From Hormiphora californensis (taxonomy: Eukaryota > Animalia > Ctenophora): a DNA stretch of 64,000 nucleotides. Of this stretch, positions 1 to 20,083 are shown piece after piece (position 1 is the first letter of the stretch; every line of letters begins with the position of its first letter). The position numbers and the translations under genes were made by a program. The stretch is from positions 7,502,001 through 7,566,000 of the forward strand of contig CM035357.1 in NCBI GenBank assembly GCA_020137815.1, written 5' to 3'. The notes beneath the pieces were generated by a model. The model had not been told where the DNA came from. It saw only the letters and a list, made by a program, of their open reading frames with translations, and ran no database searches.

Positions 1-645
1 ATTCTGGGATCCCAGCAGGCTATTTTCTCTACCCCACTCCTGTTGCCGCTGCATATGAAAAATTGCGATTTTCGAGTTTTAGCACCAAAACTGCTTTACT
101 TCTTAAAAATGGTACCTGAGTGATGTTTTGTTGCATCAAGCTTGATCATTGGACAATTATCTATCGTTTAAGATGTAAAATAATAATAAAATATCCTATC
201 TTTATTTTTTCACTGAGCAATGGGCCTCCAAAAAGTTTTGGTAAAAATTAGAAACTTTCACTTCCGGGTCTCATCAGGATTGGCTTATAATCAAAAACTT
301 TGCAGTAAAAGATAGTTATAAGTAAGTTCTAAGACCTAGTGAAGCCAATTATGTGATTGGTTGACTTTTAAATTAACTAATTGACGTTTTCCAAAACGGG
401 CCAGTTTTTGTGTGCACTTTTTCGCTTTTTCATGTTAGATTTACTGTTCTAGAGGTTACAAGTGAACATGTAGAGACCCAAATCGCATACATATCTCATC
501 CTTAGACGATTGTCTATCAATTGAGCACTACGGGAGCTGAAGAAACCGTAACAGTTTTCTTCCAGCAGCGTTTAAAAACATTGGTAACCCTGTGCAGCAG
601 CAACAAGAGTGGGGTAGAGAAAATAGCCTGCTGGGGACCAAGAAC
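1..645. mobile_element. Non-autonomous DNA element (MITE) with inverted repeats; left end probably lies before the window
   Basis: 2-53 (ttctgggatcccagcaggctattttctctaccccactcctgttgccgctgca) is the near-exact reverse complement of ~593-644. Confidence 0.6.
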
Positions 646-1178
646 AACCACATACCGATACCGGGCATCTTATTCCGATCTAAAATCGCGTGAGAAAAAT
701 GGTGGTGAAGTCCATTTTGCCCTATCTCAAACCATTTTTCGATAAAAGCCCAACGACAATCAATACTGGACAGCCTAGTATAACTGCCGGTCTCAGCTCT
801 GCATCAGTTCAAGATCTACCACATCCTTCAGTGTTTTTCTGCGGCAGAAGTTCTGTCTGGTTTTTATAGTGCGCCTGTTTTTTACATTTAGCTCTCTCTT
901 TCTCTTTTTCTGCATTGTGATTGTACTGTCAGAGAGGGTAGACTCTGCTGTATTCTCTCTCTTCTATAATAGTCTGGCTTGTTGTTTTGAAATATGTTCA
1001 ATAAGTAGGTAGCAGCTGCCTTTCTTATTAGTTTCTTATTAGTTAAGTGAGAGACATGCTGCTTGTGTGTCTACTTTCTGTGATTGCTATTCTCTCTCTC
1101 GTTACTTGATCTTGTAGTATCTGATCTCTCTACTTAGCTCTCGAGAGATATACCTGAGAGATCTCTGAATGTGTCATC

Positions 1179-8920
<7,742 letters not shown>

Positions 8921-9050
8921 GAGAGTGAACTGTATTTTTTGTTCGAGTTGTTGTGTGAGAGTTTATTTTTTAACGACACCACCCAATTGCGGTAAATGTT
9001 ATTTATATTTATCTTACTTTGCTTCAGTAGGTAATAAAGAGATGTTATTA

Positions 9051-9222
9051 CAGTCGGACCCCGATTTACCGGGCCCCAATTTACCGGAACCCCGATTTAC
9101 CGGGAGGATAAATTTCCCCCGATCTAGGAAATTAACGGTATTTGACCCCGATATACCGGACACCCCGATTTACCGGACAAAACCCTTTCCCCCGAGCATC
9201 CCGGTAAATCGGGGTCCGACTG
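9051..9222. mobile_element. Tc1/pogo-type MITE (CAGTCGGACC family)
   Basis: TA|cagtcggaccccgattt...aaatcggggtccgactg|TA; same family at 43512 and 62028. Confidence 0.85.
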
Positions 9223-10328
9223 TAGTTCACGTATGGCGTGTTGAAACGTGAAGCGAAGTATATTGTGTGACATGTTGCGTTTTTCATTTCAGTTTCAGAA
9301 ATTATTCGCAGACAAAGCGTTTCCTTTTTTCTCATAGTCAGGCCAATGCTCTGAGTCTGACCACAGTTCTCGCGCGAAATGAGAATAGGGTCAGGCCATT
9401 GCTCTGACAGAGGCAGACCGATGTTTGGTTCCAAATATGAATGTACTGGTAGTGGTCAACCATTTGATGTGGTATGACCATTTTTTTATAATGCATGTGA
9501 TGTCTGACTGGCGGCGCCAGATGCTGTATGGCGGCGCCATACCCCATTTGATTCTCAAAGCGACAGTGCGCTCAGATGGGTCGCGGCGCCAGACCCCAAT
9601 TTGATTCTCAATCTGAGCGCGCGACAGTGCGCTCAGATGGGTCGCGGCGCCAGACAGGTCTTCGCTGGAAGTGGAGACAACCTTGACCGTTCACGCGCAT
9701 TCATGCCGCGCCGCGCAAACAAAAACCACGCGCACAGTTAAATAGTTTTGCGCGCACCACAATTCCCCTAAATTGATCGTAAATCACGCAATTCCGCACT
9801 GGATGACTGCTATTTACGCCTCTTCCTCCCAGTCACGCTGTGCTACCACCACACTATTCCTAGTCATGTGGTAGAGGCGCTCACGCTACTGCGTGCTGTG
9901 GCCTCACTCTGCCATTCACAATGTAATGTAACTTCCTTTCCTCCACGATCCATATACGTGTGATATATATTAATAGCAGCAACCAACCGATTTGTGCCAC
10001 ACAGAGAGCACCACCAATGTGCCAACTTGAGAAATATTATACCTAGATCGATATTGTGATATTATAATTCTAAAAGCACAATCCTCGTGGTCTTGTGCAA
10101 TCTAGACCACGCAGATAGATAGGAGGGGCGATGGGCGTGTTTTATCTTCTCGCTCCGTGTGGCGTGTATGAGAAATGCCCATGATAGATGGGTGTATGTG
10201 TAAATAAAGCACTTTACTGTCGGGGGTACAATTGTAGGGTCTGGATAGTTCTAATATCTCTCCGATAAGTGGGACGTGTTTTTGTATTCCTTGCCCCTCC
10301 TTACCCCGCGTTCTGTGTAATAGAATCA

Positions 10329-10883
10329 ATGGCTGAATTGTCAGAAGGAGAGATTCCATCTGAAGGCTCAGATGAGGGGGAGCTCCCTGATTCTGAACCA
10401 GAGGAAACACCAATGGCGACTGATGAGAAGGAGGTTAAAAAACCTGAAGCAGATAAATTTGAGAGGTTTAAAGTCTGGCAAAGTGCCATGACCAACAATC
10501 TACGGAGCGCAATGGCCAAGGTGGGACCCCCGGGGGCGGTCGGTGGTCAGAGTTCAGATGAATCCAGCGGTTCTGATTATGAGGATCGAATGGTAATAAC
10601 TAAATCTTTGATAGCTTGTAGCAAGATTCGGGCACATATTTGTTTGCTCTGTTTCCGATTTTCTCATCTGTTTCTTGGTGTCTGCTATCACTGCTGTTTC
10701 TCAACTGTCCAATCTGAATCTTTTGTTCCTTCCTCTGTGTGTGTGTGTGTGCGTGTGTGTGTGAGGATATTGCTCTCTCTTTCTCTCTCATGGGTAATTA
10801 TGTGTATTGGTCCCTCCTGCCACCATCCTTTCTCTTTGCTATTCTCACTACATCAGCTGCTCTGCAAATGTTATATTCTCTCT

Positions 10884-10949
<66 letters not shown>

Positions 10950-13900
10950 TTATTTCCTTCTATCTTTCCCTCTCTCTCTCTCTCTCTCTGCCTCCCTGTA
11001 TGATTAGTCCACGGCAATGTACACGCGTGCTCTCCTCACACAGACGCACCAACGTAGTGCTGCAATATAACTAGGAGAAGAGTGCCGTGACTTTCTTAAA
11101 AAGAAGTGGTGAAATGAAAAAACCGGAAAAGTTGAATGGAATTAGAACATGAAAATTTATGAGAGAAAGAGCGAAAACAGAAAAGCTTACTTTAGGTCCT
11201 AAAATTTAGGAGGTAAATAATGGTCTGGGTAGTTTTGACCCAACTTGATATTATGTTCCTGCCCACAGATTGATAACGGTATACCACCTAATCTGCGGAT
11301 GGACCAGGGCGCCCCAATGGGTTCTAATAACCTGCTTGGAGCCCTTGGTGTGTCGAGAGATGGGCCTGCAGACCAGGATATAGCGAGAAAGAAGAAGAAA
11401 AGCAGCAAAAGAAAGGTACTGCATTCAGAAGGGCACATTCATAGAATCTCCCCCATCTTTCTCCTTCCCTTTCAAATCACAAAGTGATTCCTATCCTAGT
11501 CCACCACTTTCAATCGAAAACAAACTTTTTAATTCGACAGTTCGCATAGATCGGGTCGGCCCCGCCAGACAGCTTCCCCAAAAATATCACATTGTCCCAC
11601 AACCCACTTGCTGTTGGTAACAGACGTTGCCTTGCCTAGCTCGACCCAGTTTGAACAAAACAACTCCCCCCCCCCCCTGGCTCGACCGTGTTTGAAACAG
11701 ACCCCCCTCCCCAGAACGGTGGTACACAGGAGTGGTGGGAGAGGCACAAGGAAGTGTACGAGAAGATCAAAGAGAGACAGTTGGAAATATCAGCCCAAAG
11801 AGCCAGGACACACTGTAAATTCTTTCAGAAAGGCTACTGTAAAGAGGTACTACAGGCTTTATTATTTGGGGAACTACGGGCTTTATTTTGTTGCTTGGGT
11901 GTGTCCGGGTTGTCTTATTTACCAATCTCTCATCTGGGAAGTCCCTAATTTACCCCTCCCCAGGGAAGTGACTGTCCCTACATGCACGAGATAAAGAAGA
12001 AGTTGGATGTGTGCAAATATTTCATGAAGAATGTACCGTGTCACAAGGGGGACCTCTGCGCCTACATGCACAGTATGTTTTAATTTGACTATCCATCTCA
12101 AACATCATGAGCCATGTATAACAAATCATGAAACACGGGTAACTGTCCCCCTCCCAAACTGTTACACCCTTCCTCTAGGTGAATTCCCCTGCAAGTATTT
12201 CCATCTCCAATGTAACACCCTCCCCCTTCCTCCAGGTGAATTCCCCTGCAAGTATTTCCATCTCCGGGGTTTTTGTTACAATGACCAGGAGTGCAGGTTC
12301 AGTCATGAGGCCCTAAACGAGGATAGCAGACAAATAATAGACTTCGTAAGTTGTACACATTTTAACCCCTTGGGGCTTAAAATCTTCCTCTTGGGTTCAA
12401 TAGCCTGCCAGATTTGTAGCCTCTAATTATATTTGTAGGTCCCCCTCTACTAATAACTAATTGTAACCTCTACTAATCTAACTCCTCTTCATCAGATGAA
12501 AGGAGACAGGGCATTTGACCGGGGGGAGAGGAACTTTGACCGTGGGTTTGACAGGCCCCCTCCTGGAGGGGACAGGAACTTTGACAGAGGACCTCGACAC
12601 AGGGGACCCCCAGATGGACCTCCAAGATATAGGAGTCGGAGCAGGTCACCAATACAGAGGAGGTCTGAGGAGAAGGCACCCTTCCAGGAGGCAGACTCTC
12701 CCGGCAAAAAGGTATTGTCCTACATCCTTTCCCAATTTTTCTCTTCCTTGTTGTACCCCCTAGGGGGCCCTCTCTCTTTCCTGTTGTTACCACCCAGATT
12801 ATATAGTTATTATATTATTAGGGCCCTAGCGGGGGGGTTCCCATGGTATACTTTGGTATACTTTGGCACTTTCCACAACTTTTTCAGCGATTTTCCATAT
12901 ACCAAAGTATACCAAAGTATACCAAAATATACCAAGGTATACCAAAGTATACCATAAAAATTTTGAAAAATGTAAAATTTAAGCGATAAGATAAAATAAT
13001 TGACTAAATTTGTAAAACTTCATCCTTATTTCGTTCTAAATTGGTAATATAAAGCTTATTAAACTGATTTTTACGTATGTTACATCACCCGGCTAGTGCT
13101 CAAGGCTGGCCACTCAGTGGCCAGGGGTTCAATTCCCGGTTGAGGCAATTTTTGAAAAATATTTACAGACTTTACCAAATAGGGTAGGCGGGGGTAATTC
13201 GGGTCACCTTTTTGATTAAAGTGGTATTCCCTTGGTTGTGGCAGAATGTCTGCACATAAAATCTATTCAATTTATCCAATGTGACACTTGTTAAGATATT
13301 TGGACTGTTGAAGTTTTCAAATCCAACCTTTTTCACACATAAAAAAGCCCACGAAATCGTTAATTTGCGTATTGTTGGTAATTCGGGTCAGTGGCTAAAT
13401 CGGGCCACGCGCGTATTCAGCCAATCACAGCCCTCGCAAACAAACACGTGACCAAATGACCCGAATTACCAACACAGCGTGTTGCCGCTGAAATCATGCG
13501 GTTAATTCGGGTCAAGTGTTTGTAATTCGGGCCAGCTATTGGTTGGCTGATGGTTGGCTGTTTTAGGGGCCTCTAGGGGGCCTCTAGGGGCCTCTAGGGG
13601 CCCTAGAAGCCCCTAGAGGACCCTAGAGGCCCCCTAGAGGCCCCTAGAGGCCCCCTAGAGACCCCTAAAGGCCCCCTAGAGACCCCTAAAGGCCCCCTAG
13701 AGGCCCCTAGAAGCCCCTAGAGGCCCCTAGAGGCCCCTAGAGGCCCCTAAAAGCCCCCTAGAGACCCCTAAAGGCCCCCTAGAGACCCCTAAAGGCCCCT
13801 AGAGGCCCCTAGAGGCCCCTATAGGCCCCCTAGAGGCCCCTAGAGGCCCCTAGAGGCCCCCTAGAGACCCCTAAAGGCCCCCTAGAGGCCCCTAGAAGCC

Positions 13901-16703
13901 CCTAGAGGCCCCTAGAGGCCCCTTAAGGCCCCCTAGAAACCCCTAAAGGCCCCTAAAAGCCCCCTAGCGACCACTAAAGGCCCCCAGAGGCCCCTAGAGG
14001 CCCCCTAGAGACCCCTAAAGGCCCCTAGAGGCCCCTAGAGGACCCTAGAGGCCCCTAGAGGACCCTAAAAGCCCCCTAGAGACCCCTAAAGGCCCCTTAA
14101 GGCCCCCTAGAGGCCCCTAGAAGCCCCTAGAGGACCCTAGAGGCCCCTAAAGGCCCCCTAGAGGCCCCTAAAAGCCCCTAGAGGCCCCTAAAAGCCCTTA
14201 ACCCTTTGGGGACGATAAGCCCCCTGTCGACAGAATTCTCTAAAACTTTCTGGAGACACTCACTTTGAATCTACTTGAACGCAGGAAAAGGAATTTTGGT
14301 TCTACCACCTGTATTTCTATTGGGTCGCCTGTGACCCAATCGTCCCCTAACGCTAAAATAGGAATTGAGATTTTGCCGCTATTTTGCCCGATAACTCGAA
14401 AACCACTCTCTTTAGACCCTATGTTTGTTCACAACACTTATATAAACCCGGCCATTCTGCACAGTTTGCACACCCTATGGGCCTCTCTATCTCATCTGTA
14501 GCCGATTTGAGAATTTCAAAATTGGCCGAGATGAAAAATTTTCTGAAGGAGCACGGATCTCAAAATTTTTTTCATCGACTCCCTAAGATGTTGAGATAAC
14601 AATTATGGAGTCGGCTAGTCGCTAGCACCTATTTGAAAAATGCCGTTTTAGACTTTTATCGGGGGCCATTCCTTTAGAAATGCTCGTAAAATGCAAATTC
14701 CTGTTTTAGCGTTAGGGGACGATTGGGTCACAGGTGACCCAGCACTTTGAAGGCCTCTGAGAGGCACAAAATTTGGAATATCACCCTGAAACTTTACCCC
14801 GGGGTAAAATACACACTTTTCTTGCATTTTCCAAGTCCATTTTAAGTATACTCGTACCAATTTTGAGATATGGCCATTAAACTACCCATTTTGCCTACCA
14901 AATGCACTGTTTTAGCCCTGTTTTCCAAAGTCGACAACTTCAGAGGCTCAAAACGACCTCAAAATGCTAGAAAAATGTATGGTTCAACCCTGGAAACGAT
15001 TTAAAACTTTCAAATATGGTCTAGAAAGACGCTATATGGGTTCAAAGATGTGGGTCACCTGTGACCCAATCGTCTCCAAAGGGCTAAAGGCCCCCTAGAG
15101 GCCCCTAAAAGCCCCTAGAGGCCCCAAGAGGCCCCTAAAGGCCCCCAGAGGCCCAAATCAAGAAGAAAACATAAAATATGGGGCCAGAAATCACTCAAAC
15201 TTGCTGATTTATCGCAAAAATAAGGTGACCCGAATTAGCCGCTTTGCCTGTGACCCGAATTACAAACATGACCCGAATTAGACACACTGTTTTATGACGT
15301 CATTTTGGTAAATCAATAATGACGTAATTCCTTCAAAAACTTAGCCAATAAGTGCTGAATTATCCCATTGGATAAAATCATATGTTTTCTTCTCGAAAAA
15401 ATTCCGCAAATTCACGGGAATACCAATTGAATCCAAAATCGGGAAATGAACGATATTCCGTATTTCAAATTTTCCCGCCAAATCTTGTTACATTAGAATG
15501 GCCCGAATTACAAACAAGTGACCCGAATTACCAACTGACCCGAATTACCCCCTCCTACCCTACTGTTTGAACTTTTTTTTGACTTTTTAAAAAGTTTTTT
15601 ATCGCACTCAAATGAGTCCCAATGTGTCAAACCCCAGTTTTGTGACTCATCATTTCATAGGCAAAATAAGTTTCCTCGATTCTATGAAATTAGCCAATTT
15701 AGCCTAGTTAACCTTAAGTTTATGAGTTAAGAAAGTTTATACAAACTGTTTTAAAGCCTTAATTATTGTAAATTAACACTTTAAAGTACGTAAAGCTATT
15801 AAAAAGATATGGTATACTTTGGTATACTTTGGTACCTTCCACATATTTTTTTGGAATTTTCCATATGCCAAAGTATACCAAAGTATACCAAAGTATACCA
15901 TGGGAACCCCCCCGCCCTAGCCCTCTCTCTTCCTTGTTGTAACCCCCTAATAACCACCACCCATCTTCCTGTAACCCACTCTCTCTACCTGCAGGTACTG
16001 TTACGTTGTTGTAACCCCCATCTCTGCACAGGTGCTGTTACCCACCCCAGAGGATGACGACAGGAGAAACTTCTACAGAGAAGGACCTGGTCCCCGTGGT
16101 GGCCCTGAAAACAACCATCATCATCATCAGCACCATGGAGGCCACCGTGGGAACAACAGAGGTGGAAACGTGGGCTTCTTCCGTGGTCGAGGGAGAGGCG
16201 GACCCAGGGGAGGGAGAGGAGGAGGAGGGCTTGGACGGTATAACAATAACAACAATGACAGAAGGGGCAGTCCTCCTCCAAGGAGGGAACCACCCCAACC
16301 ACTCCTACAACCGGGTTGGAACCTACCTAAACCACCCCTGCAGGCACCACCCCCTGATGGTACTATTCCAGCTGGTATTCCCTTCCAACAAGACGACTTT
16401 GTACCACTAGGAGGAGGAGGGGGAGGTAGTCCATACCTCCAGAGACCACCACCTCCCCCACCCCCACCTAGGGTGATGGAACAACCGGAGGCAATAGTCC
16501 ATGCAGCCCGGGATCCACGGTTAAAGATGGTCCAACAGAGTACCCCTGACCAAGTTGGAGGTAGTGGGTCTGCTGATTCATCTCCAGCCTCAACACCTCC
16601 CCCACCACCACCACCCCCTCCACAACAACCCCCAGCAGCCAGTAACCCATCACTTGCCGACATGTTCAAGAGTCTGGACCCCACTGCCAGCCCCTTCGGT
16701 TGA
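10329..16703 (+). CDS. ZC3H4: ZC3H4/ZC3H6-family triple CCCH zinc-finger protein. Approximate exons: 10329-10592, 11269-11415, 11715-11846, 11964-12072, 12236-12345, 12496-12711, 16032-16703
   Basis: N-terminal ELSEGEI/DEGEL motif; three CCCH fingers (CKFFQKGYCKEGSDCPYMH, CKYFMKNVPCHKGDLCAYMH, FPCKYFHLRGFCYNDQECRFSH); RGG tract; RDPRL motif; C-terminal LADMFKSLDPTASPFG resembling the ZC3H4/6 FDPTASPF terminus. Confidence 0.88.
13182..15560. mobile_element. Middle nested element: pogo/Tc1-like MITE with an internal GGCCCCTAGA satellite
   Basis: TA|gggtaggcgggggtaattcgggtca ... tgacccgaattaccccctcctaccc|TA; repeated aattcgggtca motifs; 10-11-bp repeats at 13563-14200 and 15085-15152. Confidence 0.85.
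14202..15083. mobile_element. Inner nested element: piggyBac-like MITE
   Basis: TTAA|ccctttggggacgat ... atcgtctccaaaggg|CTAA; internal inverted repeats 14322-14362 / 14700-14740. Confidence 0.75.
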
Positions 16704-17174
16704 AGAGAGAACTGAAAGTGATATGTGATCCAACTGTGTGATGTGATCCAACTGTGATATCTCTGTAGCTGTTTCTGTTGCTGCCAATTGGATCGGGACA
16801 TTGAGAAAGGGAAAGACTGACAAAAAGGAGAGCGACAAATTTAACAATTTGAATTTTTTATTAGCTTGTCAGTGTGTTTCATAGGTGTTTTATACTATAA
16901 AATGATAACCCCATGTGTGCGTGTATTGAAGGTCACAGTGTGTGCTGTATAATAAATACATGTCAAACATTGATCAAGAAACTGCTTTTATGGTAACGAA
17001 AACCACGCCTTTTTTACTTTAATAATTACCACTCCAACTGGCAATTAGTAATTGCCTCTCCAATTAACCCTTCCAGCCGGATTGTACTCCCAATATAAGG
17101 AGCCCCCCCCCCCCCCTAATAAATGAGTCCCCCTCTTACATCTAATCTATAACCACTCATTCTCTTAATAGGGT

Positions 17175-19397
17175 ATGATTTCCCTTACCGAATCTCTCCT
17201 CAATGAGATATGGGATATGTCTTCCCTTCAAGAATCTCCCACCCCAAAGAAAAGAGGGTCCCCGGCAGAGAAAATAGGATCCCCTCCGCCATCTCTAGTC
17301 CGGCACCAGGCCACACCTCGGACACCCCTCAACCGCTCTCATCTCACCTCACCCATAAGTGCCAGTCGATCTAACAAATTAGGGTGCAAACGGAGGTTGC
17401 TGGATAACCCCCTCTCCACTTCTTCACCCCTGCGAATGGAGAAGAAATCTCTTTCTGAGCTGTTTCAAAACCGTCTCACTGATACACCCGTGACTGCCAG
17501 TGCCGTCCCACTTCCGGTCATCTGTGAGAGGGAAAAGGAAAATCAAACTCCTGCTATTATATCCTCCCCTCCTCGGAGCAAGATCTTGCTTCCGTATAAT
17601 CCTGACCAATATCCAGGTATACTTGAAGGCAGTTTAGTAGTTGATAGACATAGCGTCATATTTCTGGGGCAGTGCCAGAAAATTGTAGAGCTAAATCAAT
17701 TTAGTGTGTTGGTAACCTTCAATTCTTCCCCAATCTCTCTCACCCCTATCTCTACCCCCTCTAGGTTCCCTGTTTGGTCTGGATCCCGTTCACTGGGCTA
17801 CATTTCCTCTAACCACCGAGACTCTGGCCAGGATGAGAAGATCAGACACAGATCCTGACACATTTGTTATATCAAATCATCCTCTGAGAATAGTGGAATT
17901 GTGTGGTTTTGTTACCGGTGGGTTGTTTGTTTGTTTGTCTGTTTGGTTGTTTGTTTGTTTATTTGTTTCTTTGGTTGTGTGTGTGTGTGTATGTGTTTCT
18001 TTGTTTTTTATTTGTTTGTTTGAGTGTCTGTAATTCCTTTGTTTGACTGTCTGGCTTCTACATCCCTATCTGTTAACCCCTCTCTCTATCCCCATGTAGA
18101 GGTACAGAAATGGAGTGGGAGAGTTAGGGTGACGCTAGATGACACAAAGGGAGCAGTTAACTGTGTTCGGTGGGGTGATGATTGGGAAGTGTACAGTTGG
18201 TGATATTATCTCAGTACGGGGTGTTATAAAGACGTTTAGAGAGGAAATAGAGATAAGAGTGTACAGGGTTGTTAACCAGGTATGTTATGTTAACACACAT
18301 CACCCTAGTTACCACTACTGTTACCGTTTTGTTATCTTTTTATCATTTTCTCTTTATTTCCAGACAGATCTAAACAAGCTCACCTGTACACTTCCTACGA
18401 GCCAAGCAGTTGCTAAGTTTCATGCTTAGCACACCGTTCGTTATTGAATGAAAAAGAGCAGATAGTGAAAGATATGGAGGGGAAAATTGAGCGATCAATT
18501 ATTGCCAATATCATGGCTCAAGGTACGTTGATTAACTAATTGATCAGTTTCTTGAATCCAATTAAATATCATGTTTCCTAATCATTCTCCCCCTCCTTTC
18601 AGGATCAATTAAAGACCCTGAAAAGTTGAATAGACCTTCCTAACATGAAGTTTTGGACATCCTCGATTGAGGCGCTGACAAGTATCCGCCCCTCCCTCAT
18701 CCTATCTCGAGTGTATTCCCGTGTCAGCGGACAGGTAAACATCACCACGCAACTAGCATAGCATCACGCGCACCTTTTACAATGCGCACAGTTGCCAGCA
18801 CTGTGCGCGCACGATGTATCATGTGCTCAGAAATGGCAGATTTAAGGCTGTCACATGGGTTGGTTTGTCTGCTGAAGGCCTTGTCTCATATAAGACCGTC
18901 CTCTCCGCACCGGGCCGAAGGCCCGGTGCGGCTACGTGAGGCCGCGTAGCATCGAGGTTGCGCGATGTACAGTCAGTGTCTGACAATGAAGGCCCGTTTC
19001 GCGTCGGAGTCTTTGGTGAGACCTATTCTCTGACTAGCCTACACAATTCATGCTCCGACCCTATCTGAAATCTGTTTTTTACAGGAGGGAAGTTTGGCTA
19101 AAAGACAAGGGGACATCCGGAAAGTGATCATGGAACATCTGAAATCATACGGGGTGGTAAGTGAACTATTAATTTCCCGGCTCTAGTTCAATTTATCAAT
19201 ATCACAATCGTTTAGAATGACAGTCTAAATAGGTACGTTTATTTTAACGAATGTTCCCCACACAGTTATATTCGGGTGATCTGCTTGCTAGTGGACGGTA
19301 CTCAGAATCAGATGTGGCGATGATTATCGATTCTCTTCTATCCTCTGGAGATATATACGAGTGTGATAGCAGCGTATACGCCCTGTTTCAACCCTGA
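17175..19397 (+). CDS. STN1: STN1 (CST complex, OB fold plus winged helix), with apparent frameshifts. Approximate exons: 17175-17615, 17765-17917, 18100-18279, 18364-18522, 18603-18734, 19086-19156, 19266-19397
   Basis: SLFGLDPVHWA...FVISNHPLRIVELCGFVT, LDDTKGAVNCVRW and VGDIISVRGVIKTFREEIEI align with the STN1 OB fold as recalled (WGLDPV, GHPI, DDSTGVINC, GDTIRVRG...REEREI). C-terminal LLSSGDIYE is winged-helix-like. The frame breaks about four times between 18170 and 18630. Confidence 0.8.
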
Positions 19398-19824
19398 TAA
19401 CCCTCCTGCATGTGAAATGAATATGCAATCATTCTACAACACCAATCGTTGAAAAAGGAACTGTATTTGACCTGTATTTGAACACTTATTAACTGAGGAC
19501 AGACTTCTATGTTTTATACTTTTTTGTTCATGTTTAATAGTTGGTGTTTGTGTAAATTATGTATAGAAAGTTTGGTATATTGAGAGACACTGGGTGTGTT
19601 ATTATTCTAGGACATTCCGGAATAAAAACAGGTATTTACGATAGAGAGAAGTTCCGTGTTTATTTTAAATTCCAATCCCAGATGAATTGGTGAAACTGAG
19701 TGGTACCTCTACTTTTTGTATGGGACTTTTTATATTTATTGAAGCATTTTAGAAGTGTGTTTATATTATTGTTTGCTCCCAAAGCTTGCAGAAGATACGT
19801 TTCATGATTTCTTCAACAATCCCA

Positions 19825-20083
19825 AGTTTATGTAGATCACGTGACATACACACGTGACAAATGAAGGGGGCAGTTCCAAACATGAACAAAAAGGCCAACG
19901 GTGAACGGACAAGGATGTCAGATATAGGAACGATGAAGTCATGAAAAAAGGGACAGGGATCCAATTGGGGGTTTGGATTCCCAACCACCAATTGGATCCC
20001 TGTCCCTTCACCCTTGGCCTTTTTGTTTATGTTTGGAGCTGCCCCCTTCATTTGTCACGTGGGTCACGTGATCTACATAAACT
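19825..20083. mobile_element. Palindromic (foldback) MITE
   Basis: agtttatgtagatcacgtgac...tgacaaatgaagggggcagttccaaacat mirrored at ~20005-20083; inner palindrome aagggacagggatccaattgg / ccaattggatccctgtccctt. Confidence 0.75.

Larger units (their letters stand above)
12826..15920. mobile_element. Outer non-autonomous DNA element of a nested cluster in the ZC3H4 intron
   Basis: Inverted ends gcgggggggttcccatggtatactttggtatactttggca / tgccaaagtataccaaagtataccatgggaacccccccgc, with 10-bp taccaaagta subterminal repeats; TSD not resolved. Confidence 0.75.

Noticed and set aside
18175-18196. ~22-nt micro-intron rescuing the first STN1 frameshift
   Set aside because: Far shorter than other introns in the window and does not explain the other shifts
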